Positions 8,846 to 21,733 of a DNA stretch of 64,000 bases are shown one piece after another. Under the pieces are notes generated by a model. That model was not told the DNA's origin and ran no database searches. It saw only the letters and a list, made by a program, of their open reading frames with translations. A program made the translations under genes and the position numbers. Origin of the DNA: Alphaproteobacteria bacterium. Its GTDB lineage: Bacteria > Pseudomonadota > Alphaproteobacteria > UBA828. How positions within the stretch are numbered: the stretch's first letter is position 1; every line of letters starts with the position of its first letter. The stretch covers positions 320,001 through 384,000 of the forward strand of contig CBDCQT010000005.1 in the NCBI GenBank assembly GCA_965220745.1, read 5' to 3'.

Positions 8846-9820
8846 TCAGAAGTCGGCAGTGACGCGGCCGTCCTGGAGCAGCACCTGGAACGCCTGGAAG
8901 GTCTCGGCGGTGCCATCCTCCAGAGAAATTGCACCGTAGTCGCCGATATGTGCACGCAGCAGCGCATCCTGGTCCTCCATCGGGAAGGGCAGAGGATCGC
9001 CGCTCGCCCGCACCCGCGCGCCGGGAGCAAGCCGTCGGATCGCGTCCAGCCCATCCTCGATCGGGGTGACGGTCCCGTTACAGTCGAAGGCAGGTGCGCC
9101 GTCGCCGTCCCGCGAGATGGCCTGGAGGAAGGCTGCCGCGACCTCGCCCGCGTAGAGATATGAGATCGACCCGGTGAAGGGCACCTCGTAGTCGCGCCCG
9201 GCTGCCGCTGCCAGGATCGCGACCGTGGTCTTCGACGTCATGCCCTGGTCGCGGCCGACGCCGTAGACGATGCCGGGTCGGAGCCCGATGCTCGGCACCG
9301 CCCAGTCCTGCCAGTAGGTCCGGGCGATCGCTTCGTCGCAGGCCTTGTAGGCGCCATAGAGGGTGGAGGCGTAGCCGCTCTCCGCCGGCGCGCCGTGGGC
9401 GGCGATGGAGCTCGCGTAGGCAAGGCGGTGCACGCCATGGCGCCGGGCCGCCTCGAACACGGCCACCGTGCCGACCACGTTGACGCGAGCGCCTGCGACG
9501 GGGTCCGCCTTGCAGAAGGGCACCTGCAGGGCCGCGAGGTGCAGGATCGCCCCGATCCCGTGCTCCTCCACCACCCGATCGACGGCCTCGGCATCGGCAA
9601 TATCCCCCTCCACCCAGGTTACTTGTGCGAGCTCTTCCTCCGACATCAAGAGTCCAGGCCGGCGGCGGCTCGAGTCGAGGTCGAAGGAGACGGCGGGCAC
9701 GCCGGCACGCACGAGGATCGCGAGCGCCCAGCTCCCGATGCAGCCGCTGGAGCCGGTCACCAGCACCGGCCGGTCGAAATCCTCCTTGCGCGCGGTGAAG
9801 CGGCTGTTCAGCGAGTCCAT
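8846..9820 (-). CDS. NAD-dependent epimerase/dehydratase family protein
   Basis: LVTGSSGCIG Rossmann motif, HLAALQ, YGAYK catalytic motif. Confidence 0.88.
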   Translation of the reverse strand: MDSLNSRFTARKEDFDRPVLVTGSSGCIGSWALAILVRAGVPAVSFDLDSSRRRPGLLMSEEELAQVTWVEGDIADAEAVDRVVEEHGIGAILHLAALQVPFCKADPVAGARVNVVGTVAVFEAARRHGVHRLAYASSIAAHGAPAESGYASTLYGAYKACDEAIARTYWQDWAVPSIGLRPGIVYGVGRDQGMTSKTTVAILAAAAGRDYEVPFTGSISYLYAGEVAAAFLQAISRDGDGAPAFDCNGTVTPIEDGLDAIRRLAPGARVRASGDPLPFPMEDQDALLRAHIGDYGAISLEDGTAETFQAFQVLLQDGRVTADF

Positions 9821-9981
9821 GGCTCTCACTCGGTGGTGTGGAGGGGTCGCATGGCGAGGCGCGGAGTCTTGCACGCGATGGGGACTGCGGCCAACGGCCA
9901 CCCGTGCGGGTCTGTTTCCAGATGTAGCCCGTGGCTATCATCGCGCTGCTTGTGCTTTCGGCTCGTGAGGGAAGTGGAGTC

Positions 9982-10908
9982 ATGACGGAAACCTCGGCGG
10001 CGCGGCGCAAGACGATCGTCCTCCTCGACGGCGGTGTCGGGCAGGAGCTCTATCGCCGGAGCACGCGGCCAGCGGCGCCGCTCTGGTCCGTCCAGGTGAT
10101 GATGGACGAGCCGCACCTCGTCGAGGCCGTGCATCTCGACTTCATCGAGGCCGGCGCGCGGATCATCACGGTCAACACCTACACGGCGACGCCCCACAGG
10201 CTCACCCGCGAGGGCTTGCCCGACAAGTTCGAGGCCCTGCAGTGTGCCGCCTTCGCCGCAGCGGCTTCCGCCCGCGAGAAGAGCGGGCAGGCGGTCAGGA
10301 TCGCCGGCTGTCTGCCGCCGCTGGTCGGGAGCTACAGAGCGGATCTGACGCCGCCGGAGGACGAATGCCTCGCGAACTACCGCAGAATCGTCGCGGTGCA
10401 GGCTGACCACGTGGATCTGTTCCTGTGCGAGACCATGCTGTCCGCAGCGGAGGCACGCGCGGCGACGGTGGCCGCGGCCGAGAGCGGCAAGCCAGTCTGG
10501 ACGGCGCTCTCGGTCGACGATGCCGACGGCTCCGTGCTGCGCTCGGGCGAGGGGGTTGCCGAAGGAGCACGGGCCGCCGTAGATGCGGGCGCAGACGCGG
10601 TGCTGATCAATTGCTCCAGCCCCGAGGCGGTGGCCACCGCCATGCCGCTGCTGGCCGGCATCGGCGTTCCCTTCGGCGGCTACGCCAACGGCTTCGTCTC
10701 CATAGCCGCGATGCAGCCGGGCGGAACCGTCGAGGCATTGAAGGCGCGCGACGACTTGGGCCCTGCAACCTACGCCGACCACGCGATGGGCTGGATCGCC
10801 TCGGGCGCCGCCATCGTCGGCGGCTGCTGCGAGATCGGGCCCGGCCATATCGCCGCGCTCGGCCAGCGGCTCGCGGCGGAAGGGCACGACGTGGCAGCCG
10901 CGCTCTAA
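9982..10908 (+). CDS. Homocysteine S-methyltransferase family protein
   Basis: [19 protein letters not shown] and GGCC zinc ligands. Confidence 0.9.
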   Translation: MTETSAARRKTIVLLDGGVGQELYRRSTRPAAPLWSVQVMMDEPHLVEAVHLDFIEAGARIITVNTYTATPHRLTREGLPDKFEALQCAAFAAAASAREKSGQAVRIAGCLPPLVGSYRADLTPPEDECLANYRRIVAVQADHVDLFLCETMLSAAEARAATVAAAESGKPVWTALSVDDADGSVLRSGEGVAEGARAAVDAGADAVLINCSSPEAVATAMPLLAGIGVPFGGYANGFVSIAAMQPGGTVEALKARDDLGPATYADHAMGWIASGAAIVGGCCEIGPGHIAALGQRLAAEGHDVAAAL

Positions 10909-11897
10909 GCCAGAGCAGCGCTCGCTTCGGCGGTGATCTCGTAGGAGCGCAGACGGGCCGCGGGATCGTGGATGTTGGAGGTCACCATGATCTCGTCGAC
11001 GCCGGTGTGCTTCGCGAATGTCGCGAGGCGCTCCGCCACAAGTTCGGGCGTGCCCGAGGCCGAACAGGTGAACCAGCGTTTCAGGATGGACTGTTCCTGC
11101 GCATCCAGGCCGGCCTCGAAGTCTCGCACCGGGCGGGGCAGGGGGCCCGGCACGCCCCGGTGCAGGTTGAGCACCGATTGCTGGGCCGAGCTCCGCACGT
11201 AAGCCGCCTCATCGTCGCTATCGGCGGCGAAAACATTGAACCCCGCCATCACGTAGGGTGCGTCGCACTGTTCCGAGGGGCGGAACTGCTCGTGGTAGAC
11301 CTCGATCGCCTGCATCAGCGCGGCGGGCGCGAAGTGCGACGCGAAACCGTAGGGCAGCCCCAGCGCAGCGGCGAGCTGGGCGCCGAAGAGGCTTGAGCCC
11401 AAGATCCAGATCGGCACGTTGAGGCCCGCCCCCGGCACCGCCCGCACGCGCCGCCCCGGCTCCGATGGCTGGAAATAGCTCTGCAGCTCCACCACGTCGC
11501 GCGGGAAGTCGTTGACGTCCCCGGTGAGCGTGCGCCTGAGCGCGTGGGACGTCATCTGGTCCGTTCCCGGCGCGCGGCCGATGCCGAGGTCGATCCGGCC
11601 CGGATAAAGCGATTCCAGGGTGCCGAACTGCTCGGCGATCACCAGCGGCGCGTGGTTGGGGAGCATGATGCCGCCGGCGCCGACGCGAATGGTCTCGGTG
11701 GCGCCCGCGACGTGGCCGATCAGCACCGCCGTTGCGGCGCTGCCGATCCCGGCCATGTTGTGATGCTCTGCCAGCCAATAGCGACGGAAGCCCAGGCGCT
11801 CCACGTGGCGCGCGAGGCCCACCGTGTTGCGGAAGGCCTGCGCCGCGTCCGCGCCTTCCGGGATCGGCGAAAGATCGAGAACCGAGAGAGCGACCAT
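10905..11897 (-). CDS. LLM-class flavin-dependent oxidoreductase (YhbW-like)
   Basis: [44 protein letters not shown]. Confidence 0.9.
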   Translation of the reverse strand: MVALSVLDLSPIPEGADAAQAFRNTVGLARHVERLGFRRYWLAEHHNMAGIGSAATAVLIGHVAGATETIRVGAGGIMLPNHAPLVIAEQFGTLESLYPGRIDLGIGRAPGTDQMTSHALRRTLTGDVNDFPRDVVELQSYFQPSEPGRRVRAVPGAGLNVPIWILGSSLFGAQLAAALGLPYGFASHFAPAALMQAIEVYHEQFRPSEQCDAPYVMAGFNVFAADSDDEAAYVRSSAQQSVLNLHRGVPGPLPRPVRDFEAGLDAQEQSILKRWFTCSASGTPELVAERLATFAKHTGVDEIMVTSNIHDPAARLRSYEITAEASAALA

Positions 11898-11919
11898 GGA
11901 CCGGGCGTCGTGCCTCGCT

Positions 11920-14085
<2,166 letters not shown>

Positions 14086-14204
14086 GGCGCACTATATGGC
14101 TGCCCCAAGCCCGGACGCCAGAGGGCGCTTTTGAGGGTCCTGCCGTTCTGGACAAACGCCATTGTCGGGCCGATAGTGCGGGCCGATTGCCCCGGAGGAT
14201 GTGG

Positions 14205-14597
14205 ATGTATCAGAAGGAAACGCGCGCCATTGAAATCACGGTCAAGCCGTTCTATCTGGAGGAGCAGTCCGAGCCCGACGACAGCCACTTCGTATTCGCC
14301 TATCACATCCGGATCCAGAACAACGGCGGGGACGTGGTTCAGCTCTTGAACCGCTATTGGCAAATCACTGACGGCCTCGGCCGCATCCAGGAGGTGCGGG
14401 GGCCCGGAGTCGTCGGCGAGCAGCCGGTGCTGCGGCCGGGGGAAGCGTTCGAGTACACGAGCGGATGCCCGCTCAACACCGCGACCGGCATCATGGTCGG
14501 CACCTATGAGATGGAAACGCTGGACGGCGAGCGCTTCGATGTGGATATTCCCGCATTCTCGCTCGACGCGCCGGATGCGCCCGTGCGGCTCAACTGA
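14205..14597 (+). CDS. apaG: ApaG protein
   Basis: [36 protein letters not shown]. Confidence 0.93.
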   Translation: MYQKETRAIEITVKPFYLEEQSEPDDSHFVFAYHIRIQNNGGDVVQLLNRYWQITDGLGRIQEVRGPGVVGEQPVLRPGEAFEYTSGCPLNTATGIMVGTYEMETLDGERFDVDIPAFSLDAPDAPVRLN

Positions 14598-14708
14598 GAT
14601 CGCGCAGCCGCCGGTACGCTGACCAGACAGCCGAACGACGCCGAGACCGCCCCGCTGCGGTCTCGCAGTACCGTACAGCCGGCCCGGAGCCGGAGAAGGA
14701 GACCGCCT

Positions 14709-15359
14709 GTGGACGACAGCCAGCCCGCGCCGCTTGCCGGCGCCGATGACGACACGACCCAGGGCGCGGTCGCGCGACCGACGAGGGACGAGGCCGAGCA
14801 GGCGGTGCGCGTCCTGCTCCGCTGGGCCGGCGATGACCCCGAGCGCGAGGGGCTGCTCGATACGCCCAAGCGGGTCGCGCGCGCCTACGAGGAGTATTTC
14901 CGGGGCTACAGCCAGGACCCTTATGCGATCCTGCGCCGCACTTTCGAGGAGACCAACGGCTACGACGAGATGGTCGTTCTCCGCGACATCGATTTCCGCT
15001 CGCACTGCGAGCACCACGTCGCGCCGATCGTCGGCCGCGCCCACATCGGTTACTTGCCGGACCACCGCGTAATTGGCATCAGCAAGCTCGCGCGCGTGGT
15101 CGACGTCTACGCCCGCCGCCTGCAGATTCAGGAGAAGCTGACCGCCGAGATCGCCGACGCGATCGAGACGGTCCTGCAACCGCGCGGCGTCGGAGTCGTG
15201 ATCGAGGCCGCGCACCACTGCATGACGACCCGAGGCGTGGCCAAGGAGGGAGTCCTCATGGTGACGAGCCGGATGCTCGGCACGTTTCGTACGGATCCGA
15301 AGACCCGCCGTGAGTTTCTCAGCATGATCGGGAACCCGGCGTCCTCGGTGCCGCGCTAG
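14709..15359 (+). CDS. folE: GTP cyclohydrolase I
   Basis: [38 protein letters not shown]; AAGGAG SD before GTG. Confidence 0.95.
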   Translation: MDDSQPAPLAGADDDTTQGAVARPTRDEAEQAVRVLLRWAGDDPEREGLLDTPKRVARAYEEYFRGYSQDPYAILRRTFEETNGYDEMVVLRDIDFRSHCEHHVAPIVGRAHIGYLPDHRVIGISKLARVVDVYARRLQIQEKLTAEIADAIETVLQPRGVGVVIEAAHHCMTTRGVAKEGVLMVTSRMLGTFRTDPKTRREFLSMIGNPASSVPR

Positions 15360-15413
15360 GACGCCCGGCCCGGCTGAGCCGCCGGGCAGCCGCCAGGGCT
15401 CACGAGCCGCCCG

Positions 15414-16871
15414 ATGGGCTCCGTCAGGGACTTCCGGCCGGTTCTCTTCGTGGTCGGCATTCTGCTGATCACGCTGTCGCTGGCGATGGCATTGCCGGCC
15501 ATCGCCGACGCAGTGACAGGCAATCCCCACTGGCGGGTCTTTCTCGCCGCGAGCGTCTTCACGCTCTTCATCGGCACCTGCCTGGTGCTCTCCAACAGGA
15601 TGCGGGAGCCGCGGCTGACGGTGCGTCAGGCCTTCGTGCTCACCACCTTGAGCTGGGTTATCGTGGCCGCCTTCGCCGCGCTGCCGTTCGCCTTCTCCGA
15701 CCTCAACCTGAGCTACACCGACGGCTATTTCGAGGCGATGTCGGGGCTCACCACGACCGGGTCCACGGTCATCGTCGGGCTCGACGATGCGCCGGCCGGC
15801 ATTCTGCTGTGGCGCGCGCTGCTGCAGTGGCTCGGCGGCATCGGCATCATCGTCACGGCCATCGCGATCCTGCCGATGCTGCGGGTCGGCGGCATGCAGC
15901 TCTTCCACACGGAATCCTCGGACAGCTCCGAGAAGGTGCTGCCCCGCGCCGCCCAGCTCGCCGGAGCCATCGGCATGGTGTACCTCGGGCTCACGATCAG
16001 CAACGGAATCGCCTACTGGGCCGCCGGCATGACGCCGTTCGAGGCGGTGTGCCACGCGATGACGACCATCGCCACCGGCGGCTTCTCGACTTCGGACGCC
16101 TCGCTCGGCCACTTCAACAACGACGCCATTGAGGGCATCGCCACCGTCTACATGGTGCTGGGCTCGCTCCCCTTCGTACTCTACTTGCAGGCTGTGCGCG
16201 GCGGTTGGGGGGCGCTCGCGCGCGACACGCAGGTGCGCTGGTTTTTCGGGCTGATTCTGTTCGCACTGCTCTCGCTCGCGGGCTGGCTGATGGCGGCCAA
16301 CGACGCCGCGCCGACCGATGCGTTTCGCGAAGCGGCCTTCAACGGCATCTCGATACTGACGGGCACAGGCTATTCCACCGCCGACTTCTCCGCCTGGGGC
16401 ACCTTCGCGCTTCCCGTCTTTACGCTCCTCATGTTTATCGGCGGTTGTACCGGCTCGACCACGGGCGGGGTGAAGGTCTTCCGAATTCAGGTTCTCGCGT
16501 CCACGTCCTTGTCGCAGATCCGCCAGCTCATCCAGCCGCACGGCGTCTTCATCAGCAAGTTCAACCGGCGGCCGATTCCGGAAAGCGTGTCGCCGGCGGT
16601 GATGGGGTTCTTCTTCCTGTTCATGGTCAGCTTCGGGCTGATCGCCATGGGGCTCGCGCTGATGGACCTCGACTACGTGACCAGCATCAGCGGCGCGGCC
16701 ACGGCCATCGCCAATGTCGGCCCCGGCCTGGGCGAGACCATCGGCCCTGCCGGCTCCTTCCAGCCCCTGCCGGAGCCGGCGAAGTGGCTGCTGTCGGCCG
16801 CCATGCTGCTCGGCCGGCTCGAGTTGTTCACAGTGCTGGTGCTGTTCGTGCCCCGCTTCTGGCGGGACTAG
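15414..16871 (+). CDS. trkH: TrkH potassium uptake membrane protein
   Basis: SGLTTTG, LQWLGGIG, ATGGFS, GSTTGGVK, NVGPG, LGRLE. Confidence 0.93.
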   Translation: MGSVRDFRPVLFVVGILLITLSLAMALPAIADAVTGNPHWRVFLAASVFTLFIGTCLVLSNRMREPRLTVRQAFVLTTLSWVIVAAFAALPFAFSDLNLSYTDGYFEAMSGLTTTGSTVIVGLDDAPAGILLWRALLQWLGGIGIIVTAIAILPMLRVGGMQLFHTESSDSSEKVLPRAAQLAGAIGMVYLGLTISNGIAYWAAGMTPFEAVCHAMTTIATGGFSTSDASLGHFNNDAIEGIATVYMVLGSLPFVLYLQAVRGGWGALARDTQVRWFFGLILFALLSLAGWLMAANDAAPTDAFREAAFNGISILTGTGYSTADFSAWGTFALPVFTLLMFIGGCTGSTTGGVKVFRIQVLASTSLSQIRQLIQPHGVFISKFNRRPIPESVSPAVMGFFFLFMVSFGLIAMGLALMDLDYVTSISGAATAIANVGPGLGETIGPAGSFQPLPEPAKWLLSAAMLLGRLELFTVLVLFVPRFWRD

Positions 16872-16894
16872 GCAGGTCTGGAGCCCATGTGCTC

Positions 16895-17035
16895 GGAGCG
16901 AGTCCGTCCTCGACGGACTCGCGACAGGCCGCGACCGCGGCCCGCCGCGAAAGCGGCGCCCTCGCGGAGGCGCCGGCCGTCGCGCCCGTAGGCGCGCGAG
17001 ATCGCGCGACGGCCGGCTGCCGTGAGCGATAAAGA
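16895..17035 (-). repeat. Structured MITE-like repeat, copy 3 (inverted)
   Basis: Reverse complement reads TCTTTATCGCTCACGGCAGCCGGCC..GCGGCCTGTCGCGAGTCCGTCGAGGACGGACTCGCTCC; lies between convergent trkH and the SDR gene. Confidence 0.85.
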
Positions 17036-17036
17036 C

Positions 17037-17789
17037 TTACCCCTTTTCCGCCAGCATGCCGCCGTCGACCGGCAGCACGTGGCCGGTGACGAAGCTCGCC
17101 TTGTCCGAGAGCAGCCAGACCACCGCGTCGGCGACCTCCCCGGGCCGGCCGATCCGCCCCATCGGCACGCGGCCCGAGGCATTGGTGGGGTCGTTGTTCC
17201 AGCCACGCAGGAGGAGGGGGGTCAGAATCGGCCCCGGTGCCACCGCGTTCACCCGGATGCCGTCCTTGGCATAATCGAGTGCTGCTGCCCTGGTCATGCC
17301 GGAGACCGCGTGCTTTGCGGTCATGTAGGGCGACCAGAGCGGATAGGCCGCCAAGCCCCACATGGAGCCCGCGTTGACGATGGAGCCGCCGCCCGACTCC
17401 AGCATCGCCGGAATCTCCGCCTGCATGCAGAGATAGACGCCCTCGATCATGACCGCGAAGACGTGCTGCACCGCGGCCATGTCTTGCTCTGCCAGCAACG
17501 CCTGGGGGCCTTCGATGCCGGCGTTGTTGTAGGCGAGGTCGAGCCGGCCGAACTCACTGAGCGCCCGGTCGATGAGAGCCTCGACCTGGCCCGCCTCGGC
17601 CACGTCCACGCGCATGAAGGCGGCTTTGCCGCCCGCGTCGCGAACCTTTGCCGCCACGGCCTCGCCGCCTTCCTCGTCAATGTCGGAGACCAGCACCGCA
17701 GCTCCCTCGGCAGCGAGTGCCACCACCGTCGCCTGCCCGATGCCCGAGCCGCCGCCGGTTACGATCGCCACGCGTCCGTCGAATAGCAT
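17037..17789 (-). CDS. Short-chain dehydrogenase/reductase
   Basis: TGGGSGIG, NNAG, YMTAK, VDGG; GGAGGAGG SD before ATG 17789. Confidence 0.92.
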   Translation of the reverse strand: MLFDGRVAIVTGGGSGIGQATVVALAAEGAAVLVSDIDEEGGEAVAAKVRDAGGKAAFMRVDVAEAGQVEALIDRALSEFGRLDLAYNNAGIEGPQALLAEQDMAAVQHVFAVMIEGVYLCMQAEIPAMLESGGGSIVNAGSMWGLAAYPLWSPYMTAKHAVSGMTRAAALDYAKDGIRVNAVAPGPILTPLLLRGWNNDPTNASGRVPMGRIGRPGEVADAVVWLLSDKASFVTGHVLPVDGGMLAEKG

Positions 17790-17817
17790 CGTTTCCTCCT
17801 CCTCCCAGAGACTCCAG

Positions 17818-18807
17818 TCAGTCTCCGGGATCGATGACCCGATCGGGCGGGTTGTGCCCGTCGGCAAAGGTCTGGATGTTGATCAACACCTTCTCGCCCA
17901 TGTCGCGGCGCCCCTCAATTGTGGCCGAGCCGATGTGCGGCAACGCCACCACGTTGTCGAGGGTGAGCAGCTTCGGCGAGACCACCGGCTCGTTCTCGTA
18001 CACGTCAAGCCCGGCGCCCGCGATCTTGCCGGCCTCCAGCAGCCGCACCAGGGCTGCCTCGTCGATGGCGTGGCCGCGCGATGTGTTAATGACATAGGCT
18101 TGCGGACGCAGCAGGCCGAGCCGACGCGCCGAGAGCAGGTGATAGGTCGCCGGTGTGCTCGGGCAGTGAATGGAGACGAAATCCATATGCGCCAGCATCT
18201 GGTCCAGACTCTGCCACCAGGTGGCGTCGAGCTCGGCTTCGGTCTCCTCGTCGAGGCGGTTCCGGTTGTGATAGTGGATCGCGAGCCCGAAGCCGCGCGC
18301 CCGGCGGGCGACCGCCTGGCCGATCCGCCCCATGCCGATGATGCCGAGCCGCTTGCCCCAGATTCGATGGCCCAGCATGGTGGTCGGCGCCCAGCCCTGC
18401 CAGTCGCCGCCCCGCAGCAGGCGCTCGCCCTCGGAGAGCCGGCGCGGCACCGCGAGGATCAGCGCCATGGTCATGTCCGCCGTGTCCTCGGTCAGCACGC
18501 CGGGCGTGTTGGTCACCAGTATGCCGCGCTTCCCCGCCGCAGCGAGGTCGATGTGATCGACGCCGGTGCCGAAGCTCGCGATCAGCTTCAGGTCAGGGCC
18601 GGACTGGCCGATCAGGTCGCCGTCGATGGTATCCGTCACGGTCGGCACGAGCACGTCAGCCTCTGCCACAGCCTTCGCCATGGCCTCGCGGTCGAGCGGC
18701 CAATCGTCCTCGTTGAGTCGGGTGTCGAAAAGCTCCATCATGCGCGCCTCGATCTCCCGGGGGAGACGCCGCGTCACGATCACCTTGAGCTTTCTGCCAG
18801 GTCTCAT
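17818..18807 (-). CDS. D-2-hydroxyacid dehydrogenase (glyoxylate reductase / D-glycerate dehydrogenase type)
   Basis: TNTPGVLTEDTAD, GMGRIG, INTSRG, GLDVYENEP, PHIGSAT. Confidence 0.92.
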   Translation of the reverse strand: MRPGRKLKVIVTRRLPREIEARMMELFDTRLNEDDWPLDREAMAKAVAEADVLVPTVTDTIDGDLIGQSGPDLKLIASFGTGVDHIDLAAAGKRGILVTNTPGVLTEDTADMTMALILAVPRRLSEGERLLRGGDWQGWAPTTMLGHRIWGKRLGIIGMGRIGQAVARRARGFGLAIHYHNRNRLDEETEAELDATWWQSLDQMLAHMDFVSIHCPSTPATYHLLSARRLGLLRPQAYVINTSRGHAIDEAALVRLLEAGKIAGAGLDVYENEPVVSPKLLTLDNVVALPHIGSATIEGRRDMGEKVLINIQTFADGHNPPDRVIDPGD

Positions 18808-18914
18808 CGACCCTCCGCGCGCGGCTCGGTGGGCGCGATCCGAGCGCAACCGGCAGCCTGTTTAGCAAACGCCCCATGGCGACTCAAACCGCAGGGCGGG
18901 ATTCGGCGCCCGCC

Positions 18915-19478
18915 ATGAGTGCTGACCGAAGCCGCCGCCGCGGGCAATGCGCGCCGCAGCACACCCTTCGCACGCCTGCGCGCCTCTTTGCGGCCGGCCG
19001 TGCGCTCGCGCTGGCGGCGGCGCTCGCGGCTATGGTCACCGCCGTCGCCGCGGCTCTTGGGCCGCAAGTCCGCGCCCAGGAGGGTCCGCGCTTCGTCTCG
19101 CTGAAGGCGGAGGTCGCCAACCTTAGGGTCGGCCCCGGCCGGCGCTATCCCATCGAGTGGGTCTACCAGCGGCGCGGCCTGCCGCTGCTGGTGGTCGCGC
19201 ACTTCGATCAGTGGCGCTGGGTGCTCGACCACGAGGGGACGAAGGGCTGGATGCACAAGTCGCTGCTCTCGACCCACCGCACAGTCGTCATCATGAACGG
19301 GGTGCAGACCATCCGGGAGCGTCCGTTGACCGGCTCGCCGGCAGTCCTGCGGGCCGAAGCCGGGGTCATCGCCGATCTGCTCGGTTGCGAGGACGGCTGG
19401 TGCCGCATCGGGCTGGCCGGCGAGGAAGGCTGGCTGCCTGAAAGCGCCCTCTGGGGTGTCAAGCCGCCTGCGCAGTAA
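18915..19478 (+). CDS. Exported tandem SH3-domain protein (DUF1058-like)
   Basis: Signal peptide; PRFVSLK..NLRVGPG..YPIEWVY..GW; typically divergent from the dehydrogenase in alphaproteobacteria; start uncertain. Confidence 0.85.
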   Translation: MSADRSRRRGQCAPQHTLRTPARLFAAGRALALAAALAAMVTAVAAALGPQVRAQEGPRFVSLKAEVANLRVGPGRRYPIEWVYQRRGLPLLVVAHFDQWRWVLDHEGTKGWMHKSLLSTHRTVVIMNGVQTIRERPLTGSPAVLRAEAGVIADLLGCEDGWCRIGLAGEEGWLPESALWGVKPPAQ

Positions 19479-19633
19479 CCCGGAATTTTCGCCAGAATCA
19501 CGGCCCTCGCCCCGACCGTGTGCTGCGCGTCGCGCGGAAACCGGGCGCGGGCGCGAAATCATGATCGCGCAAGCCCGCGCGCGACGACTTGGACCTCGCG
19601 CGCCGTCGCCGCGACGTCCCGCGAGACAAGTAC

Positions 19634-19881
19634 AGAATGTTTTTCCGGGATACGCCGGGATTAAGCTGGATAAGTGTGATTCCATATCGCTCGCGTCTGA
19701 AGGGCGTCGCGGGTGCATGCGCAGGGTAGCGCTCGTGGAGAGGCCGGGCCTCGGATTCCATTCCCGAACCTCACGCGATGTTGGGCCGACGCGCATGTCC
19801 TTCGCCGCAGCCACTTTCCCACACCATCATGGCGCGAACCTGAAGCACACGCTCCACCCTGTGCACCGCACCATGGTCCGG
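19634..19881 (-). repeat. Dispersed ~250-bp element, copy B (inverted)
   Basis: 19861-19881 and 19827-19836 match copy A exactly at the same spacing; 10-bp-phased GGAT units at 19645-19681; AAAAACATTCT on the minus strand. Confidence 0.7.
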
Positions 19882-19931
19882 TGAGTTAGGTCAGGGAGGG
19901 GCTCGGACGCAGATTGGGGCTTCAGTGATGT

Positions 19932-20676
19932 CTAGCCTGGGATGTATCTCTGCTTCAAAGGCATCAACACCTTATACTGAGAGTCGAATGCCTCATAGGA
20001 TTCATAAATCAGTTCAATGAGCTCGTCTCTGTCGATCAGGCGCAGATTTGGCTTCGACCCCTCAAATGTTCGCGCGTTATTGCTATAGCTTCCAAGAGAT
20101 ATAAATAGGCCGTGCTCACCATCTTCTATCGCCCCGTGAAGTTCCTGAACTTTTGGTTGACCGATTTGATCCAACGTCTGTTTACATTGGACCTTGATGA
20201 TCGGAGGTTCGAATCCAAGCTGATCCTTGTGAGCAATCACGTCGATGCCGCCATCAGAAGATTGTCGGGTCACTCTCGCGCGATAACCCATGCACTGCAA
20301 TAGATGTGCGACAAAACACTCGAAGTCGCGTGGGGTCATTTTGTTCTTGAGTCGATTTATAATAAAGTCTTCAGTAGACTCTTCGAGTTGAGTGGAAACT
20401 TCCTCTACAGTATCATCGTCGAAGTCCTCCACTCGTGTCGGCGTGCTGCCTATCGCCGCTCGGAACTCTTCGGCGTGGGTTGTAATCTGGAATAGCGTAA
20501 TGGCGGAGCCGATCTCGTAGAGTGCGGATTGGGAAAAGCTACTCCGAGGAAGACCCTTGCCCCACGTGACGCTTCGTCTGTGCGGGTATTGGTTGACTTT
20601 GTCCGCCTGGTATCTGTATTCGGTAGACACCTTTCCGAAATAAATTCGCCGATCTGCTTTAGACGGGTAAACGATA
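19932..20676 (-). pseudogene. mrr: Mrr-family restriction endonuclease, C-terminal part (IS-interrupted)
   Basis: FECFVAHLL..GY..DGGIDV..KVQCK Mrr nuclease motif; visibly lower GC than the flanks. Confidence 0.88.
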
Positions 20677-21733
20677 GAGCATTTTTCGACCTTATAGAAT
20701 CTTTAGAATTTTCAATTGCTTGTAGATGTGATTCAAGATGCAGGCTGGTGAAGGAGGCCAGCCTGCATGACGCGACCTCTTTCGAATGATCTACGTCGTC
20801 GGGTGGTGACGGCGGTGGTCGATGGCGGCATGTCCCGGCGGAGCGCGGCGAGACGCTTCGGCATCGCGCCGTCGACGGCGATCAAGTGGGTCAGCGCCTG
20901 GCGCCGCACGGGCAGCTGGCGGCCGAGAGCGCAGGGCGGCGACAGACGCTCGCAGCGGATCGAGGCACGGGCCGAGGTGGTGCTTGCGCTCCTGGACGAG
21001 ACCCCGGACATGACCTTGGCGGAGATCGCCGCCCACCTGGAGGACGAGCACGGCCTGCGGGTCTCCCAGAGCGCGGTGTGGCGCTTCTTTCACCGCCGCG
21101 GCATCACCTTCAAAAAAAACCGCGCACGCCAGCGAGCAGCAACGCGCTGACGTGCTCAGGCGCAGGCGCGCCTGGGTCGAAGCCCAGCCCGATCTCGACC
21201 CTGAGAAGCTCGTCTTCGTCGATGAAACAGGCGCGTCCACCAAGATGGCGAGACGCTCGGGCCGGGCTCCGCGCGGACAGAGGTGCCGCGCCCCTGTGCC
21301 CCATGGCCACTGGAAGACCACAACCTTCGTCGGTGCCCTCAGGCTGAGCGGGATGACCGCTCCCATGGTGCTCGACGGCGCCATGCATGGCGCCGCCTTC
21401 CTCGCCTACGTAGACCAAGTGCTGGTGCCCACGCTCAAGCCCGGCGACATCGTGGTGATGGACAACCTTGCCTGCCACCGCAGCAGCGCTGTCCGCGACG
21501 CCATTCACCAGGCCGGGGCCGAGCTCCACTTCCTGCCGCCCTACAGCCCCGACCTCAACCCGATCGAGATGGCCTTCTCCAAGTTCAAGGCCTACCTCAA
21601 GCGACGCGCCGCCCGCACCGTCCCGGAACTCTGGGACGCCATCGGCGAAGCCACAGACAACTTCACACCCGCCGAATGCCAAAACTACTTCGCTGCTGCA
21701 GGATATGACCGCGTATGATCGGAACCTGCTCTA
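20675..21733 (+). mobile_element. IS630-family insertion sequence, including the duplicated TA
   Basis: Imperfect terminal IRs TAGAGCATTTTTCGACCTTA and TAGAGCAGGTTCCGATCATA (15/20 identical); TA at 20675-76 and 21732-33. Confidence 0.95.
20767..21718 (+). CDS. IS630 transposase in two frames joined at an A8 run
   Basis: ORF A 20767-21150 (HTH region); ORF B to 21718 with FVDETG, VMDN and YSPDLNPIE (DDE); TTCAAAAAAAAC at 21109-21120. Confidence 0.92.

Noticed and set aside
14600-14710. THF-II (folE) riboswitch
   Set aside because: The consensus I recall is not visible; reported only as a candidate switch
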